Positions 24,838-28,070 of a DNA stretch of 28,070 nt are shown in pieces. Each line of letters opens with the position of its first letter. The stretch's first letter is position 1. The DNA is from Arcobacter sp. (GTDB lineage: Bacteria > Campylobacterota > Campylobacteria > Campylobacterales > Arcobacteraceae). The DNA lies in NCBI GenBank assembly GCA_965662175.1, contig CBFIGT010000019.1:1-28070 (forward strand), written 5' to 3'. The position numbers and the translations under genes were made by a program. The notes beneath the pieces are model-generated. The model did no database searches, was not told where the DNA came from, and saw only the letters and a list, made by a program, of their open reading frames with translations.

Positions 24838-25332
24838 ATGAAAAGAAGAAATTTTATAGCCTTAAGTGCTACTGCTCCAATAGTTTTAAATACATATTTA
24901 AATGCATCCAACATAGATGAAGAGATTTGGATAACAATACAAAAAGTACAAAATGTACTTTTTCCAAAAGGTGCTAAAATGCCTAGTGCAAAGCAGTTTG
25001 GTAGTGTTGATTATTTAAAACAAAATATTAATCATGAAACTTTTGATAAAAATGATGCAACTCTTATTTTAGATGGTGCAAAAGTTTTTAAAGATACTTT
25101 TCCTGAATTTTTTACAGGAAACAAGAAAAATCAGCTTGAGATAGTTAAAGAAGCTAATAATTCAGAATATGGAAACTCTTGGATTAAAACCCTTGTCTAT
25201 TATGGAATTGAAGCAATGCTTAGTGACCCTATTTATGGAGGAAATAAGTTCCAGTCTGGTTGGATGGCATTAAAACACAAATCAGGTAGTCCTCGACCTA
25301 AAAAAAGATATGGAGCCAAAATAAATGTATGA
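24838..25332 (+). CDS. gluconate 2-dehydrogenase subunit 3-like protein with Tat signal
   Basis: KRRNFI twin-arginine motif. PSA...G...Y and E....DP.YGGN...GW family motifs. Confidence 0.88.
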   Translation: MKRRNFIALSATAPIVLNTYLNASNIDEEIWITIQKVQNVLFPKGAKMPSAKQFGSVDYLKQNINHETFDKNDATLILDGAKVFKDTFPEFFTGNKKNQLEIVKEANNSEYGNSWIKTLVYYGIEAMLSDPIYGGNKFQSGWMALKHKSGSPRPKKRYGAKINV

Positions 25333-26974
25333 TGTTTGTATTATAGGAAGTGGAGCTGGGGCTTCACCTATAGCTTATACTTTAGCAAAAGCTGGAAAAA
25401 AAGTTGTTATTTTAGAAAAAGGTGATTTTTATAGTGAAAAAGATTTTTCAAAAGATGAGATAACAAATACTAGAAAAGATTTATATAATCCAAAACTAAA
25501 AGATGAATACCATGTAATTGAAGAAAAAATTGATGGCAAATGGTATAAATTTCCCACTTATGAAACAGGTTGGAGCTTTTGGAATGGAAATATTGTAGGT
25601 GGTTCATCAAACTTTATGAGTGGATATTTTCATAGACTCAAACCAAATGATTTTCGTCTTAAATCTACTTATGGGAAAATTGCTGGGGCAAATGTTGAGG
25701 ATTGGCCTATTTCTTATGATGAGCTTGAGCCCTATTATGATATGGTTGAAAAAGTTATAGGAGTTTCAGGAGAGTATACAAAATATAAACATGCTGAACC
25801 TAGAAGTAGTAAAGAGTATGCTTATCCAAGATTAGAAGAGCATCCTGTTGTTGATTTAATTGATAAGGCTTGTGAAGAGTTAAACTATACTTCATATAAA
25901 GTTCCAAGAGCAATTATTTCACAAAAAAAAGCTAATAGAAACCCTTGTTATTACTCAAATTTTTGTGGTTCTTATGCCTGTTCAAGTGGAGCAAAAGGAA
26001 GTGGAAGAGCAGCACTTTTACAACCTGCACTAGCAAGTAATAATCTTACAATTATCCCAAATGCTTTTGTTTATAAATTAACTACAAATAAAGATAAAAA
26101 AATAGATAAAGCTTATTATTACACAAAAAATGGAAATAAAAAAGAGATAGAAGCTAAACTATTTATTCTAGCAGCTCAAGCTGTTGAGAGTTCAAGACTT
26201 TTATTAAACTCAAAAAATAGTGATTTTCCAAATGGCTTAGCCAATTCATCTGGGCAAGTTGGGAAAAATATGCTTTTTACAGGTGGTGGTATTGGAAGTG
26301 GTGTTTTAGATAGTTCTATTTTAGATGAAAATAAACTTTTTCAAACTGGTTTTTTTGTAAATAGAGGATTACAAGATTGGTATTTTACTAAAGAGTTCAA
26401 AGGTGGAACTATTGATTTTCTTTTTGAACATGCAAATCCTATTAGAAAAGCTTTAAATGCTTCAAGAGATGATAATGGTAATATTCTTTTTGGAAAAGAG
26501 TTACAGCAAAAACTTTTAAAAACTTTTACCAAAACAAAAATCTTAAATTTTGAAGTTTTTACAGATTGGATGCCAAATGATGATTGTTATGTTTATACAG
26601 ATAAAAAATACAAAGATAAATATGGTGTTCCTGTAGCAACAATAAAAATAGGTGCTCACCCACAAGATGTAAAGGTTGGAGAGTTTTTGGCAAAAAAAGC
26701 TAAAAAAGTTTTAAAAGAGATGGGTGCTAAAGATATTAGTAGTAATATCTCTCCTCTACCATCTGCAAATTTACAAGCTGGTGGTTGTAGATTTGGAAAT
26801 GATTCTAAAAAATCTGTTTTAAATAAATATTGTCAAAGTCATGATATTAGTAATTTATTTGTTACAGATGGAAGTTTTATGCCAACTGGAGGAAGTGTAC
26901 CTTATACTTGGACTATATATGCAAACTCTTTTAGAGTTGCTAATCATATAAAAAACAACTATAGTTTTATATAA
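25325..26974 (+). CDS. GMC family FAD oxidoreductase (dehydrogenase large subunit)
   Basis: IIGSGAG FAD motif, WPISYDELEPYY, Cys cluster CYYSNFCGSYAC, NLFVTDGS. No signal peptide. Overlaps the Tat partner gene. Confidence 0.93.
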   Translation: MYDVCIIGSGAGASPIAYTLAKAGKKVVILEKGDFYSEKDFSKDEITNTRKDLYNPKLKDEYHVIEEKIDGKWYKFPTYETGWSFWNGNIVGGSSNFMSGYFHRLKPNDFRLKSTYGKIAGANVEDWPISYDELEPYYDMVEKVIGVSGEYTKYKHAEPRSSKEYAYPRLEEHPVVDLIDKACEELNYTSYKVPRAIISQKKANRNPCYYSNFCGSYACSSGAKGSGRAALLQPALASNNLTIIPNAFVYKLTTNKDKKIDKAYYYTKNGNKKEIEAKLFILAAQAVESSRLLLNSKNSDFPNGLANSSGQVGKNMLFTGGGIGSGVLDSSILDENKLFQTGFFVNRGLQDWYFTKEFKGGTIDFLFEHANPIRKALNASRDDNGNILFGKELQQKLLKTFTKTKILNFEVFTDWMPNDDCYVYTDKKYKDKYGVPVATIKIGAHPQDVKVGEFLAKKAKKVLKEMGAKDISSNISPLPSANLQAGGCRFGNDSKKSVLNKYCQSHDISNLFVTDGSFMPTGGSVPYTWTIYANSFRVANHIKNNYSFI

Positions 26975-26977
26975 ATA

Positions 26978-28069
26978 TCAAGCTAGATATTTATATAAAA
27001 CACGATTTAGCTCTTCAGAATCAATAGGTTTTCCTAAGTGTTCATCCATTCCAACCTCTAAATATTTTTCCCTATCACCTTTGATTACATTTGCAGTTAA
27101 AGCAATAATAGGAACAGCTTTTTTATTATTTGTTTTTTCAAACTCTCTTATTTGTTTAGTTGCTGAAACACCATCACAATTTGGCATATTAACATCCATC
27201 AAAATTAAATCATACTCTTTAGCATAAACGCTTTTAATAGCCTCATTACCATCACTTACAAAATCTATATTAAGTAAAGATTTACTTAATAACTCTTTTA
27301 ATAATATTACATTTATAGGATTATCTTCAGCTACTAAAATATTACCTTTGAGATTTTCTAATAAATCTGTTTTATCAATATATTTTTTATTTTGAATATC
27401 TTTTCCTATTTTAAAATCAATTTCAAAAAAGAATTTAGCACCATCTTTTTCTTTACTTTCTAAATTAATATTAGAACCCATTAAATTGATAATTTTAGAG
27501 ACTATTGTTAATCCTAATCCTGTACCACCAAACTTTTTACTTATACCTCCATCTGCTTGAGAGAAGGCTTCAAAAACTAAACTTTGTTTATCTTTTGGTA
27601 TTCCTATTCCATTGTCTTTTATCTCAAAATAAACTTTTACACTCTGCTGTTTTTTCTCTATAACTTTTACTAACAGCCAAATATGTCCATCTTTAGTGGT
27701 AAATTTTATTGAGTTAGAGATTAAATTAGAGATAACTTGTTTTAATCTAATAGAATCAAAAACTAAAGATTTAGGTATTGTTTCATCACTTTGATAACTT
27801 ATATCAATTGACTTCTCCTTTGCCCTAACCTCAAAAAGTTTTATAACATCATCTATCAAATCAGATAAACACTCCTCTTCTTCAAAAAGCTCAAACTGTC
27901 CACTCTCAATTTTTGAAAAATCTAAAATCTCATTTATAATATCTAAAAGAGATTTTCCACTTTTAAATATTATTTTAGCCTGCTCTTTTTCACTTTTGTT
28001 TAAATTAGCTTCTGTTAATAGCTCTGAAAAACCTATAATAGCATTTAGTGGTGTTCTTATTTCATGGGA
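26978..28069 (-). CDS. hybrid sensor histidine kinase/response regulator, 3' part (start lies beyond the right edge)
   Basis: The frame is open to the window edge and begins SHEIRTPLNAIIGFSEL (H-box). NLISNSIKF, DNGIG and GGTGLGL (HATPase). Receiver AEDN, LMDVNMP, ALTAN, KP. The ORF track start at 27859 is an artefact. Confidence 0.95.
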   Translation of the reverse strand, partial: SHEIRTPLNAIIGFSELLTEANLNKSEKEQAKIIFKSGKSLLDIINEILDFSKIESGQFELFEEEECLSDLIDDVIKLFEVRAKEKSIDISYQSDETIPKSLVFDSIRLKQVISNLISNSIKFTTKDGHIWLLVKVIEKKQQSVKVYFEIKDNGIGIPKDKQSLVFEAFSQADGGISKKFGGTGLGLTIVSKIINLMGSNINLESKEKDGAKFFFEIDFKIGKDIQNKKYIDKTDLLENLKGNILVAEDNPINVILLKELLSKSLLNIDFVSDGNEAIKSVYAKEYDLILMDVNMPNCDGVSATKQIREFEKTNNKKAVPIIALTANVIKGDREKYLEVGMDEHLGKPIDSEELNRVLYKYLA

Positions 28070-28070
28070 C

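Noticed and set aside
26341..26532. 63-aa - strand ORF
   Set aside because: Antisense to the GMC oxidoreductase.
1..28070. tRNA, rRNA, CRISPR, intact transposase/integrase or anti-phage defence system
   Set aside because: None recognised. The UvrD-like helicase has no nuclease partner and looks like a housekeeping gene rather than Gabija-like.

Overview
Very AT-rich bacterial chromosomal window, most likely Arcobacteraceae (Campylobacterota), judging from protein style, gnTATAAT promoters and the bamD-lon / proC-pseudopilin gene order. It is mostly core genes: dinB, rhomboid, lon, bamD, proC, three prepilin-like genes, rdgB, a YajR-like MFS, an RND permease, valS, a UvrD/REP-family helicase, a Tat-linked GMC dehydrogenase pair, and partial genes at both edges. 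Two accessory parts stand out. One is a ~1.5 kb decayed islet (7787-9252) with an unannotated HlyD pseudogene and a Phd-like/PemK toxin-antitoxin pair. The other is a LapG-LapG-LapD c-di-GMP adhesin-control module. The strongest novelty candidate is this Lap module: its LapD carries a ~110-aa periplasmic insertion resembling a cadherin-like repeat of T1SS adhesins, and it is paired with two LapG paralogs, one C-terminally truncated. Other unannotated signals are a zinc-ribbon membrane microprotein with an apparent ATA start, divergent from a probably leaderless dinB across repeated palindromic boxes; a perfect 34-bp palindrome before the RND gene; a GMC enzyme lacking the canonical His/Asn pair; and a QLGLF clamp-type motif in the helicase. 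All family assignments come from motif recognition by eye. No database searches were run.
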